Positions 36,191 through 49,335 of a stretch of 64,000 nucleotides of DNA are shown in pieces. The translations under genes and the position numbers were made by a program. Position 1 is the stretch's first letter, and each line of letters begins with the position of its first letter. This stretch comes from Epithemia pelagica (lineage: Eukaryota > Protista > Bacillariophyta): positions 3,720,001 to 3,784,000 of the forward strand of contig OX337230.1 in assembly GCA_946965045.2 (NCBI GenBank). The letters run 5' to 3'. The notes below the pieces were generated by a model. That model saw only the letters and a program-made list of their open reading frames with translations, searched no databases and was not told the DNA's origin.

Positions 36191-36639
36191 ATATCCATCA
36201 CTCCGAAAGGAGCAGTGGTATGAAGGAGAAAGAGCACCTTTTAGAGTGTCGTCCTCCGCCATCTTGCGGGGGCGTGCTACAGGCACCGACACAAGGAGCG
36301 GCCCATGAATGCCTGCTCTCGTCTGGATGGCAATGGTATTCCTCTGTATTGCATACTAATATATTGGATGATTCGTTTGCCATTGCGAAATGACGCTCAT
36401 ATTGGATCGTGAAGATGAAGCTTAATGCGCATCCATGTCCTAAATAATTGGCAAACGTATAGAAACATCATTTTGGCGCTCGAACCCATCTACCTATTGA
36501 GATATATATATATATCATGTAAATCCTTGTGTGTGTCGTGGAACTGAAATCCTGTTTTGTGGCGGACAGTGCGGTCCTCCGCAAACTCGTCGTCGCGACT
36601 GTGCGGCACTGGTTTCGTCCGTCATGCCTCTAGAGTACA

Positions 36640-37385
36640 GTAGGCGGACGTTCCCGTCCAGGAACAATGAATCTGGGCCACCTAGGATTGTTTGCCCTCT
36701 TGGTTCTCTGTTGCGAGTCCTTGGCCGCCGCCGCATGGACTCCATGGGGAGGCCATTCCGTGCCGCAATCCACTTTCTTGCAAGGCAGTACACCAGGCAT
36801 GGCCCAAACCGGATCCGACATTGTGTCATGTTTGTGGTGGTGCTAGTTCTACAGCAACATAGTCTCCTCGGCCGCCTGGGGGTAATTGACATGGTCGTCC
36901 GGACAAAAGGTACAACACCACTGTCCATGGTACAGAAAATGGCCTATTGTCGTTCTTGTTGTTCATGGTGTTGGAGTCCAACAAAAGAGAGAGAGCCAGA
37001 CATAGAGAGGAAGGAGCGCGCAAGTGTCAGAAAACCATGACATTTGGCGCATCGTTCATCCACGTGTGCAGCTCTCTGTGAATGAATAACTATAGATACG
37101 TACAATTGGTATGGATTTGTTGAATCCCAAAACATACCTTTCATTCCAAATATGCCTACCTCGATGACATCGAGGTCGAAGATGGATGAATGGTTTCATC
37201 ACAAAGGTGAATTTGAGTGCGGCCGTCATGTAATCCAATTTCTGATCCGTCAATTCAGTTGGATCAATGGGAGAGGGGGGTCCACTTGTTCAAACCCACA
37301 ACTTTTGTCCAAATAAATGCTGGGTGTGACTTGATGAAAGGATGGAGGAAGAGGGCCCTTGGCCCAGACCCGTGGCACATGCTGT
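36640..37385 (-). pseudogene. Decayed paralog of the secreted protein at 11637-12510
   Basis: GPLPPSFHQV..YLDKSCGFEQVD, YMTAALKFTF and CTFCPDD correspond to the intact gene. Intron-derived sequence is retained, there are frameshifts, and the signal peptide is missing. Confidence 0.8.
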
Positions 37386-37490
37386 ACTAGTGGGTCGAGA
37401 TTGCATACTCTCCGAGTCAACAAAACTAGTCCATTGTAGAAGAATGTCAAGCAGGTCGGTGTTTCTTTCTCGTTGGTCTGCTGTTTTGTA

Positions 37491-38477
37491 CTACGCAGCA
37501 TTGTGGTGGTGTTCTTTTCGTTGGAGACGAAACAATCCATTGTAGCATGCCGTGTTGGTGGTTCGTTGTCCGGACCACGGTCGTGAAACGGTTGGGTTGG
37601 TAGACTCCTGATTATTCGTATTGTCGTGTGTCGTATTTGTCCATGGCTGCTGCTGGTTCTGTTTCGTCGTAGCAATAGGGTGGTCGGCGGGTACCACACA
37701 ATCCCAGGTAAAGTAGTCGGGTAACACGTCCCAAAAGGTTCGAGAGGCGGCGGGAATTCGCCAGGTATGATAGAGCAAAATCAAGGTTTGCCGTGTCGAT
37801 AAGCGATGCAAGGCTTGAATCAAGGCTTGGACCGAATGCGATTCATACACCACTTCGGACGCACAAATACAGGAAAACGGGCCGGTCCGACGCGCCACAC
37901 CATGGATCTCCTCCTCTGCCTCGCCAGACAAGGACCAATCCTCCTTGTCATGGTTATTGTGGGACAGGGTCCAATCCCAGTGCTGCACGACAATGGGCGT
38001 ATCTCCCGGTCGTGTATTGGCCGCCACATTGCGTTGCAAATCGGGTAGATTATGTTCAATCTCGGCATCTCCTCCATCCGTCGCCCAACAGCGGTCAAAG
38101 CAGCGCAATCGCGACGCCACCAAGGTGGGAATACCCGAACATCCGGCCCCCACTTCCAAAAACGTTCCTCCCTGTGGTATGGCATGTTGTTGTTGGTGCA
38201 AGTCGATCAAATAACGAGCCAAGACAATGGATCCTTGCCAACAAGAGGAGCCGGTCCCACCCGCACCTTGACATTCGGGATCGTCCGACCAGAATGGTTC
38301 CAAAATGGTCAAGGATCCACTCAATTTGTTTGGTAACACAATGATGCGTTTGCCGTCAACCTCTGTATCGTCGTCTGGATCATCCTCATCTTTGCGGTGA
38401 TTGTCCTGGCTCGTTTCCGGGGATGTGTGCACTGGATCATTGTCCTGGGCCTTATTGGCATTCGGTGTTGCATGCAT
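37491..38477 (-). CDS. Protein lysine methyltransferase, METTL21/Methyltransf_16 family
   Basis: WQGSIVLARYL, motif I LEVGAGCSG, ATD, LQRNVAAN, WDW, ASEVVY. Confidence 0.85.
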   Translation of the reverse strand: MHATPNANKAQDNDPVHTSPETSQDNHRKDEDDPDDDTEVDGKRIIVLPNKLSGSLTILEPFWSDDPECQGAGGTGSSCWQGSIVLARYLIDLHQQQHAIPQGGTFLEVGAGCSGIPTLVASRLRCFDRCWATDGGDAEIEHNLPDLQRNVAANTRPGDTPIVVQHWDWTLSHNNHDKEDWSLSGEAEEEIHGVARRTGPFSCICASEVVYESHSVQALIQALHRLSTRQTLILLYHTWRIPAASRTFWDVLPDYFTWDCVVPADHPIATTKQNQQQPWTNTTHDNTNNQESTNPTVSRPWSGQRTTNTACYNGLFRLQRKEHHHNAA

Positions 38478-38857
38478 GACGGTCTTCTATTGTATTATCG
38501 CCGCAATGAGCACCGTCATGGTTTGCCAAGGAGGTATATGTCAGTAACGTCAGTTTTGTCTGGCCTGTTGATACGGTGCACGTCTGGATTCTATGCCCTC
38601 TATCTGTTCGTAAAATGTTCTCTAACCTCAAGTAGACGTTCCCTTGTTGGGGTCAGCCGAATAGAAGCATCAGGAGAGAGGTGTTGCGCCTTTTTTGTGG
38701 CCCATTTATTCCACACATGGAGAAGGTGTGTGCGTGTTTGCGAAAGTATTATTATTACAGTAAGAGTATTATGTTCCTGGGTCAATTTCAAAAGCGGATC
38801 CACCATATGAGCGGTGTCCCCCACCAGCAGTCCCCCTTCCTCCAATGCTAATTATTA

Positions 38858-41800
38858 TTAGTTGTCATCCTTGTGTTCTTCTGCAGCCCGACTCTTTTCC
38901 ACCATACTTTTGAACAAACCATCTTCCTTGTTGAGCAAGACTTGGGGCGAATCGTATTCGGCAATGTGTCCACTGTCAAAGACCAAAATCTTGTCACTGT
39001 CCATAATGGTATTCAATCGATGCGCAATGGTCAAAATGGTGGCCCCGGCAAAGTTTTGTCGGATCATGGTTTGAATGGCCGCATCGGTACTATTGTCAAT
39101 ACTGGCCGTTGCTTCGTCCATGAACAAAATCTTGGGTTTGCGCAACAGGGATCGGGCAATACAGAGCAGTTGCCGTTGGCCCTGCGAAAAGTTTTCTCCA
39201 CCCTCGGCCACTTGTTCTTCCAATCCCAAGGGAAGGTTGGCAATCACTTCGTCCATTTGCACCTTTTGCAACGTGTCCCAAATTTCTTCGTCCGTGGCCT
39301 TGCGGAACGGATCAAGATTGTACCGGACGGTATTGGAAAAGACGATTGGATCTTGCGGAATAATGGAAATGTTACTGCGCAAGGTGGACAAGCCAATGGT
39401 GGAAATGTCGACACCATCAATCAACATTTTGCCACCGTCCTTTTCAATCTCCGAAACACGGAACAGCTGTGGAAAAAGCAATCAGCGAAATGTGGCGTGA
39501 GAGAACAGACAAGAATCACGAGGAACCGGAACCAAACACCGAGCGGCACTTACGCAAACCATGAGACTACTCTTCCCAGAGCCGGTTCGACCGGCAATTC
39601 CAATTCGTTCCCCACCCTTGACATTCAGAGTAAGGTCCTTGAGCACCAAGGGGCCATCACGGTATCGCATCGAGGCGTTTTGAATTTGAATCGAACCCGT
39701 CGAGGGCCAAGTGCCTTCGGGAGGGTCGTTTTCCGGAACAAATTCGGCCGCCTCGGGTTCAATGTTTTCACTGTAATACAAAATACGTTCCACTGAACTC
39801 ATTTGGGCCTCCAATGTGGCAAGCATACGGACTCCGTGTTTCAAGTAGTTGCTCACTTCAATACTATAGGCCAAGGCCAATCCCAACCATCCGGCCGAAA
39901 TGAAATTCTCCTCGTATGTTGCCAAAGCTACGACTGCAATCAGTGTGGCCAAGATTCCACCCAAGATATCCAGTCGGAATCCCAACCACATGTTGGTCAA
40001 TTGTACCAGCACGTAGGACGCGTTCATGGTATCAAAGGACTTTTTGCACTCTTCAAAAAAGCGATGCTCGGAGCCATAGGCTCGAATCGACGAGGTTCCC
40101 GAAATGGCTTGCGAAAAGTCGGCAAAAATGGGTGAATTGGCAATGCTCGTTAACCGTTGCAACTCGGTCGATGTTTTCCGGAACCATTTCTGTACGACAT
40201 AATAAATCCAACCCATGGGCACCAGAGGCGCAAGGAGGGTGCCCTTGGTGGCCGCCACAATGGCACCAATCGCACCCAACACATTAAAGACCGTCGTCAT
40301 TCCTTGCGACAGTGTTTGTGTCAGTTCCAAATCGACCTTGTCCATATCCGCCGCAAATCGATTCAAGACACGGCCAATGGGTGTCACGTCAAAAAAGGCA
40401 ATGGGAGCCCGAATGATACTTTCGGTCAGGTTGTCGTGGAGTTTCTTGGATGCCCTCAGTCGATGAACGGCAATGACCACTGCTCTCAAGGCCAAACAGC
40501 ACACTCCAAACAGACCAAAGCTGGCATACACTCCCAAATAATAGTACGTTCGTCCCGAACTGTGGGGTTCTCCTTCATCCACGGCGTCTACCGACCGTTC
40601 CGCCCACAAGGCCAACCAAAAGCCGGCCATGATTTCCGATGCACGTCCAATGCCAGCCACACAAATGGCGGCTGTGGCGACCATGACACCTCCGGCTTGC
40701 GCGTAATGATAATAGGCCGATCCCGCGACACTTCCTTCATTGCGTTCTTCGGTCGACACGAGTTTGGCTCCGCTCTTTTTCAAGGCCGCCTTTTTCTCGT
40801 CCGACAATTCTTCTTCCTTGGCCTTGCCCGTGTCAGCCGTTTCGTCTTCTTCTCCCTCTTGCGCTTTCGAGACATCGACCGCACCGGCAAATGACACTCC
40901 CTGTTCCAACAAATCCTTGTATTTTCCTTGATGCTTAATGGTACCGCCCTGCAAGACAATGACGGAATCGCACCGCGACAGCAAGTGGACATGATGTGTT
41001 ACCAACACACGTGTGATACCGGTTCCCAAGGTTCCGGCAATGGCTTGAGAAAAAATGTGTTCTCCCACATGGGTATCGACGGCACTGAGAGGATCGTCCA
41101 ACAACATGACCTTGGTTTGTTTCGAATAAAAGGCGCGCGCCAAACTGACACGGGCCTTTTGTCCACCCGACAAGTTGATTCCCCGTTCTCCAATTTCCGT
41201 CATGTCGCCGGCGGGAAGCATGGCAATATCATCGAGCAAGGCACAGGCTTGAATGACTTGATCGTATCGATCTTGATCAAATTCGCGTCCAAACAAGACA
41301 TTGCCCCGCAACGTGTCATTGACGACCCAGGGACTTTGCGCACTGTACGAGACAAAGCCTTCGGCGGCCGACAAAATGGCGCCATCGTAATCCTCCTTGC
41401 TAGCCGTGGTAGTGTTGGAATGATTCACGCGTGGAATGTACACTTTGGAATCTCCAATACTTTCCATTTCTCCCAAAATCGCCGACAAGAAGGAAGACTT
41501 GCCCGATCCCACTTCGCCCACGACAGCCACCAAACTACCGGCCGGAATGGTAAAGGACAAGTGTTGCAAGGTAATGGGTGTTTCCTTGGGAGTTCCCGTT
41601 CCGTCGCCACTCGCTCGACTGGCAAAACTTCGCACACTGACACTCATTTCGGCATCGGTTTTGCCGCCATCGGATTTGATACTGTGCCGCGAATTGCGTC
41701 GCGAGGCTCTTCGTTCCATGCGTTCCTTTTTCTTGCTGGGTTTGACTTGATTGATTTCTCGAATGGGTGCCGCATCGGGATCGACCCAACTAAAACTGGC

Positions 41801-43384
41801 ATCCACGACCGTGATACTGCCCTCTTGGGCGGCCTCGTCGGTGGGATCTGTGACGTTGGGCGGGGGTGTCGTTTGGACATAGTCACCCAATTCCGGCAGG
41901 CCCAAGTATCGTTCAATCCGACCCACGGCAATCTTGGATTGAATGTATTGCAACAAGCCCATGGGCAAAAAGGCAAAGGGAAATCGCATAATATTAAACA
42001 AGGCCACGGTCGTAAAGGCCTTGGCGGCCGTCAAGGGTTCATCTTGAATGGACACGTACGTGGCAAAGACCAGAACGGGTTGAATCAAGGGCGTCGCCAT
42101 TAACACGAGCGAAAAGCCAATGGCGGTCGTATAGGCCAATTTGGTCAAGGCCTTCATTTCATTCCGGCGCAATTGACCCACTTCTTGTCCAAAGGGACGT
42201 TCCCACGCATAAAATTTGATGATACGAATGCCCGACAAGATTTCATTCATCATTTTGACGCGCAAATCGGAAAATTTGAGTACTTTGCGGCGTTGTTTAC
42301 TGACAATACTAAAGACCATGGTATTGACGGGGGCCAACAAAATCATGTACCCGACCCCGACCCACGTGGCATTGCCCACCTGTCGATAAATCAAGGCGAG
42401 GGCCACCACAATTTGAAAGGGTGCGCCAACCAAAAAGCCCAAGAACTGCAAAAATCGTTGCAATTGGGCCGTATCGTTGCTCATCATATTCACCACTTGA
42501 CCGGTCGAGGTTTTGGCCCGACCGGCGGCTGACACGCGCAAGGCCTTGCGAAACAACAAGGTACTCACGGCGGTACGGACAAAGGTGGCACAATGGGCCA
42601 TGATCAATTGATTCCGCGTCACCAAGATTGTGACCATGATTGGTACGACACCCAAGATGGTGACTTGCAACCATGGATGGGGAAATTCATCATAATCTTG
42701 AATGGATTCGCCCGATTCAAAAAAGGTGACGAGTCGATTCAACATGAGAACGGGGACGAAGCCCAGTGCCGCGGAAACGAGATAAAAGGAGGTGGCAACA
42801 ACGACATTCCAAATCCCAAACGCCTTGGCAATGGCGGCGGCCAAATTCGGTTCTTGCAAGGGCGGTGTTTCTCCCACTTGTTTCCGTTGGGCCTCGGTCG
42901 TGCACTTGGCCAATTTGGCCGCATGATCGCGTCGAATCTTGTCATTGACCACGGCGGCCTTGGCGGCTTGTTCATTCCAGGCTTGAATAGCCTTGTCATA
43001 GGCCAAATCGGCCCGATCTTGTTCGGAAGGGACACCAATATCGTCCGCGTCCAAAACTTTGCGACTCCCCAAACCTAAAAAGGGCGTCATGTAATACAGG
43101 GTCCAATCGGACAAACAACCCGCCTGGTCTTCCAAGGAGCGTTCCCAAACTCCCAAATCGTCGCCCGTTTCCGGCAACTTTTTCTTGTTCTTTTTGTCAT
43201 TGTTGGTGGTTGTAGTAGTAGTCGAGGATGGTTCTTCTTCATTCTTGTTGTTGTTGTTGTTGTGTGGTGTTTCGTCCTCTGGAACATGTTCCATGCTGCT
43301 TTTCACGTCCTGCTTGTTGTTGTTGTTGTCGTCTTGTTGTTGTTGTTGATGCTCTTGGGACAAGACGGCGTCGGACTTGCACAT
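38858..43384 (-). CDS. ABC transporter subfamily C (MRP-like), full TMD-NBD-TMD-NBD, 2 exons
   Basis: NBD1 [18 protein letters not shown]; NBD2 [19 protein letters not shown]. An 87-bp intron 39553-39467 (GTAAGT...CCACAG) joins SSLMVC to LFRVSE. First ATG at 43384. Confidence 0.95.
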
Positions 43385-44332
43385 TGTACGATTGGTATAA
43401 AGCTTTGGACACACACACAGTCTACTCTTGTCAAAATCCGTCCTCCAAGCGGTTTGTCACCGAGAAACCTTGCTTTGGTGTTGGTTGTGAGGTGTGTGTG
43501 ATATCGTCAGAGGACGGCTGGTGGTTCGTTCGACTCTCTATACTCTTGAAGCAACACAAACTTGGACAAATAATACGCCAATCAATCACTCAATCAGGAA
43601 TCGTGTGTATTATGAAACAGAATGGACGATGATGGCACTATACAATCATGAATCGGGTCAAAGCCTCGAAGGAAGGTAGAGGAACACGTTGAGAACAATC
43701 ACGAGTGTTTTCGATGATGAGTGGTCAGATTCTCTTGTGCAGTGGATGTATTCACTCGATGGTAGACTCTATTCTCTATTCTCTTCTCGCTCTTGCTCAG
43801 TCGCATCGTCGTCACTTGGTGGAGAGTGGAGAGCGAGAGATGTGTGTCGTCAGAAAGTCTCAGAGAGAATAATATAATAGAATACCGTAGAGAAGTGGTT
43901 GCCGTGTGTGTGCCACTCTGTGCCACTGACTTTGTGCTGCCACCACCCACCACCCACCGGATGGGAGAGAGATAGAGAGAGCTGGTTGGGTCCGAATGAG
44001 TCAGCTGCACGCATGCCGGCTATTACGGGACTCCACTATGTTTGCTACCTTATCTTTTTCTCAGAAGGTCTTGGTTGGTCGCCGATTAAAACTCCGGGTC
44101 CGCCATATTTGGGGTCGCGGATTAGATTCATGCCACTCCATCTCTTCAGTCGCGAATCCATACGTACACGTTGTCGTGTCCACAATCTTTGGACGAGCGA
44201 GATCTTTCGAGTTCATCCTTTTTTCTCGACCCAACACAAGGAATCGACGACGACACCTTCTTGGGATTGAACACTCCATTCCCAATCATACCAATATCAA
44301 CAACAAATACAACAACAGCAACTACAACAACG

Positions 44333-45968
44333 ATGAAGTTTTTGATTTCCTTGTCGTCTCTCTTGTTGTGCAGCAGCAACGTGGTGGCCTTTGTGCCGGC
44401 CCCTCCCACGCGTGGCAAAGTGTCGGTGGTGGGGGCCTCGGTCGAAGCCGATACCGTCTTTGATCAAGAACAATACATTGCCGAAAGCAAGGAAATGCGT
44501 CTCAAACATTTGGAAGAACAATCCATGTTTGCACTCAAAATTGCCTGTGAAAACTATGGTACGTGGGACGAGTATACAGCAGCAGCTGGTATTACTCCCT
44601 GTGGATTCTCGTGTGGATTGGATCCAGATTGTTGGTGGTGTGGTTGCCGGATTCATGGTCGTGTTGTTGGGCCGTGACTCTCTCACTCTCGATATTGTGA
44701 CTGCCAATCCTTTCTCTCTCCAGGCAATGCCGTCTTTCCCAATGCCATGATTGCGGGCGATGTGGTGATTACCGATTTGTTGGGCCGCATGGGCTATTTG
44801 AAGGATGGTAAGGCCAAAATCATGGTGGTGGATACCTTTCACTTGTTTCCCGAAACCATGGAATTCCTCAAGGTGTTGGAAGAAAAATACGAATTCAAGG
44901 CCGAGGTCTTTTGCGCCGACGGCATTCCCATTGGCGACAAGGCGGCCTACGACAAGCGGTACGGAGCTGATTTGTGGAAGGAAGACATTGACGAATACGA
45001 CCGTGTTTGTAAGGTGGAACCCTTTCAACGGGGCCTCAAAACCTTGGAAACCGATTGTATGATTAATGGCCGAACCCGATGGCAAGGAGCCGAACGAGCC
45101 TGGATCAATCTCTTTGAAAATGCGCCCATTGGCGGTGGATTGGCCAAGTGCAATCCCCTGGCCTACTGGACGTTGGAAGATACCTTTGACTACATTACCA
45201 AATACAAGGTCCCCTATCATCCCCTCCACGAAAAGGGATATCCCTCCATTGGAGATGCGTAAGTAACACAACACACACAAAAGATGAACAATCTGGGAGT
45301 GTCTGGACGGATTCCATCTCTTACACGGTGTCTGCGGTTCCATCTTTTGTGGTTGTTGTTGTTGTTGTCGTCGTCGCCGTGGATCGATTCTTTTCTTTTT
45401 TCGAAACCCCCATTGATACAGCAAGGATACCATTCCGGTTCCGGAGGATGGTTCCGTCACGTACAAGGACGGTGAATGGACGGGTGACAAGACCATTTGG
45501 CTCGATTACGGCAAGGAACGTATTGGTCGCTTTGTTGGATTGACCAAAAAGGATGGTTCCACCAAGACGGAATGCGGCATCCACGTCGATGGTGCCGAAC
45601 GTACCTGGGATCGGGATTTGTGGGAAGAAGGATCCAGTGCCGTCCAAAAGCTGGCCACCGAAGACGACGCCTCGGCCCTCTTGGCCGGTGGCGACAAGCC
45701 CTCGATTGTCACGGTCTACGCGCCCTGGTGTCAATACAGTCAAGCCATGGAAGAGTCCATGGAAGAATTTGCCAAACAAGTGGGTGACGGCATGAATGTC
45801 TACAGTTTCCGTGGGGATGACAAGCGTGAATTTGTCATGGAAAATTTGAATACCAACTCCTTTCCCACCATTAATGTCATCAAGCCTGATGGAACCGCCG
45901 TCAAGTACGAATCGGAAGAACGAACGCCCGAAGCCTTTGCGAAATTTGTTGAAGAAGCCTTGGCATAA
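44333..45968 (+). CDS. APR: Plastid-targeted APS/PAPS reductase (APR-B-like) with C-terminal thioredoxin-like domain, 3 exons
   Basis: Signal peptide ending VVA-FVP; DTFHLFPET, KVEP, GRTRWQG, NPLAYWT, GYPSIGD, TECGIH; Trx-like YAPWCQYS. Exons 44333-44558, 44724-45258 and 45422-45968 sum to 436 codons. Confidence 0.93.
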
Positions 45969-46103
45969 TCTTTCATGAGTGTACGCGCGCGCTAACAGGG
46001 TCGTGGTGACCAACCACGGTTGTGGATTCCAGAATTGTGGTTTTGCGGTAACCATCAAGTCTACAGTCTATTCTAAATTATTCTAAAATAAAAAAAGTCC
46101 TCT

Positions 46104-48671
46104 CTAGGAGCCTTGTTTGTCGAGGGGTACCCATTTGCCATAGGTTCGTAGGGCAAGGCCGTCCTTGTGCAAGGGTTGATCGTGGCCGACTTGGACAAAG
46201 CCTTGACGAGGATAAAATTGATTGGCCTGTGGCAGCAGTGTAAGTGTTGTGGCCAGAAACAGAATGGAGTGTGGTGGTGATGGGGTGGTTGGTGGTGACC
46301 GTGACGCCGTCTTATTGGGTTTGTGCTTGTGCTTGTGGGACTGTACCACGGCGTCCATGGCCAGTTGCACGAGTTGCGTGGCAATGCGTCGTCGTTGAAA
46401 GTGCGGATGTACAAAGAGACGTTGAATTTCATAAGTTGCCACCACGACTCTTTTCGTTCTTGTTGTGGTGGTCGTCGTCTTGTCGTCGTCGTCATTGTCG
46501 TCTGGACCCACTCCTACTCTCGTGTCGGATGGGGGACACAATCGCACTCCAATACAACCCACCACATAATTGTTGTTGGAAGTTGTCCTCGTCGACGAGT
46601 TGGTTGTCGTGTCGTTCTTGTGAGGATTGGTGACACTACCTTGTCGACCATCCTCTTCCCCCGTAACAGCAGTTTCTGCTCCTTCTGCATCTTCTTGTTC
46701 TCCCATTCTTTGTGCGTGGTAGGTGGTTGTTGTGTTGACAGCCACGAGAAAGATTCCTTGATGTTGGGGAGACGAATAATGGGCTCCAATCGCACTCCTC
46801 CTACTACTGGAGGTTGGTGAGGTTTGTGTCGTCATGTGGTTTGGATTAGAACGAGGCGTCTTGTCGTTGTCGTTGTCGTCGACAGTCGTCGTGGCCAAAT
46901 CTTGATGCAAGGCGTTGCGGACCAGTTTGCGAATCGAAGGATAGGAATCCACATATGCTTGATACGAGTGTTGAAACAAGTCGCGGACATGCTCATCGTC
47001 CTCGGCCCGTTCCAATGGCAACATCCACACGATGGAATTCTTGTTTTGTTGGGGAGTGGCACGCCCATGAATGCATTGCGGAGACACAATTCTGTGGTTT
47101 CGATGCCTCCTACTCGTACGACTCGTTGTGGATCCAATCAGGCGTTGCAACAAACGCGTCGTCGAAAGACCCGCCGCACGCTCCTTCTCCTCCACGACGC
47201 ATGCTGGTGATGGTAGGACCCATCCCACACAATAGGATTGCAAATACAAGCGCAAGGCGGCATGTTCGTCGTACCGTTCCGGTGCCAGTCCCCAATCACC
47301 ACGACGACGACCACCACGACAACCGGCGGACCGGTTCGCCAGTGAGACGGCTGCCTCATAGGCCGTTTGGACCTGGACGTGTACCGGTAGACCGGAAGCA
47401 GTGGTTCTTTTTGTTCCTTGAAACACTGCCACCACCTCATCCACGGATGAGGCCAAGGGTGAAAACCGGGTCGTGGTACGAGGTGCTTTGGTTGGCGATT
47501 GTCGTCGTGTCGTCGAACTGCCACGGTGGAGTTTGGCGTGAAATTGTTCCCAATACCTCCTTTGAAAGCCCGTCGTGACCGAATCGACTGGTAGCGTGTC
47601 GTTGCGGTGGTTGTCCTTGTGGTTGGTATCATGATGATGATGAGGAGGATCATCACTTGGGCGTTTGTCATGGTTGTCTGGATTGGGAAATGGCCCCACT
47701 GGTTCCAACCACAGTAGGGCATTCTGTTGATTGTTCTTGTGATTGTCCTTGGAACTCAAAAAGGTTTGCCTCACCCAGTCCAAAAGGGCTTGTCGTCGAG
47801 ATGGCGGTTGGAGATAGGCCAAGACGACTTCCGAGACAATCAAGGTGGCCGCACAACCGTCGTCCTGATGCGGATTCTGGTGATGGTTGTGGGTTTGGTG
47901 TATTAGTCTGGGGGAATTGGCATGGACAATGTCCTGCAAGACCGTCTCCAAACTTGGAGTAGTAGTCGTCGTGTTGGTGGTGTCGTCGTTGTGGTGGTCC
48001 TTGTCCTTTCGATTCTTGGTGGTGGGTTCCGCCGCCGCTTTGTGGTTTGCTGCCACGTCGTGCAAATCGGCCGCCACCAAGCTATAGGTGGAATGACGAT
48101 TGGGAAATTGATACTGAGCGACCACAACGGCGCCTGGAGGGACGACCCTTTGTGTGGTGTTCTGGTTCGTGGAGGGTGGACTTGTGGTATTGTTGGTGGT
48201 TGTGGTTGTCGTTTCCGTGGTTGTCGTTGTTGTTGTTTCCGTGTTGGTGGTGGTGGTCGTCGAACCAACAAGGGTCCAGTCGGGATCGTATCGTGTGAGC
48301 AAGGTCTGCAAGTTGGATTCTGATTGTTGGGATTGTTGTTGTAGAGCTTGAAATTTGGTGTGACAAACACTGGGCAAATCCACATCGACGACATGAACAT
48401 TGTGATTGTCGTTGGGATTGGAGGACACGAGCGTGGCCAATCCCAGAACGTCGTAACCGGCTCCCAAACTCACCAAACACACTGCTGGGGGAGGAGGAGG
48501 ATCCTCTGGATGTGGATGTGGTGGTGGTGATTGGTTTGTGCATGTTGGTGGAATGGGTGCTGGTCGATGGACTTGCCAGAATCGCTCGAGTTGATCGTGC
48601 AGAATGGCTACCCTCAAGGCGTAACCGGCATGAACCAAGGGCGTACCACCACCAAACGAAGACGAGGATGA

Positions 48672-48705
<34 letters not shown>

Positions 48706-48911
48706 AAGAGGGTATCGGCCATGACTTGCAACAAGGTCAAGTAGCACTTGGACCAATCGTCGTTTGGGTGTCCCCGGTCATTATCATCATCATGACCCTT
48801 GTCCTTGTCATCATCCACTCCCAACAAGACGGACGCCGCATAGCCATGATGCAACAAGGCCGAACACTTGACACGAAGCGCATCGTGTGCCGTCCGTACC
48901 ACTGCATCCAT
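46104..48911 (-). CDS. Leucine carboxyl methyltransferase (LCM)-like domain fused to a GNAT acetyltransferase domain
   Basis: LCM blocks AHDALRVKCSA..GY, TPLVHAGYALR, VSLGAGYD, VDVDLP, LVAADL, LIVSEVVLAYL, ERYDEH. GNAT blocks VVGCIGVR, YEIQRLFVHPHFQRRRIATQLV, ANQFYPRQGF. Single 935-codon ORF. Confidence 0.75.
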
Positions 48912-49335
48912 CTCGCAACAGCTGTTGCACTCTTCGTCTCTCTTCGTCTTCGTCTTCTTCTTCTTTCTTCTTTCTTCTTTCTTCTTTCTTCTTTCTTCTT
49001 TCTTCTTTCTTCTTTCTTCTTCGTCTTGTGTGTGAGTGTGTCGATGGGAATAACTATTAGCTCTCGTTCTCCCTCTTGTGTTGCCTCTTCTCTCGTCGTC
49101 GTCGTCTCAGAACCGCTCTCCATCATCCGGATCTTTGGATATGGATCTTGCTAAGAAGACGTTATTGATACGGTATTTTCAAATTTCAAACTGGGAACGC
49201 CGGGGGACCTCCCATAAATTTGGCGCGCCTCAATCACACAAAATTGACCACCCCCGTGTCATTGCTCCCCATTCTTCTGAGAAACAAAAAAGGCAACGGA
49301 TATATCTTCTCTTTGTGGTGCACACAAAGAGAGCC

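Noticed and set aside
49078-49335. N-terminal extension of the DDX11 ORF
   Set aside because: It begins at a non-ATG codon and looks like promoter/UTR sequence. ATG 49336 precedes the first conserved motif.
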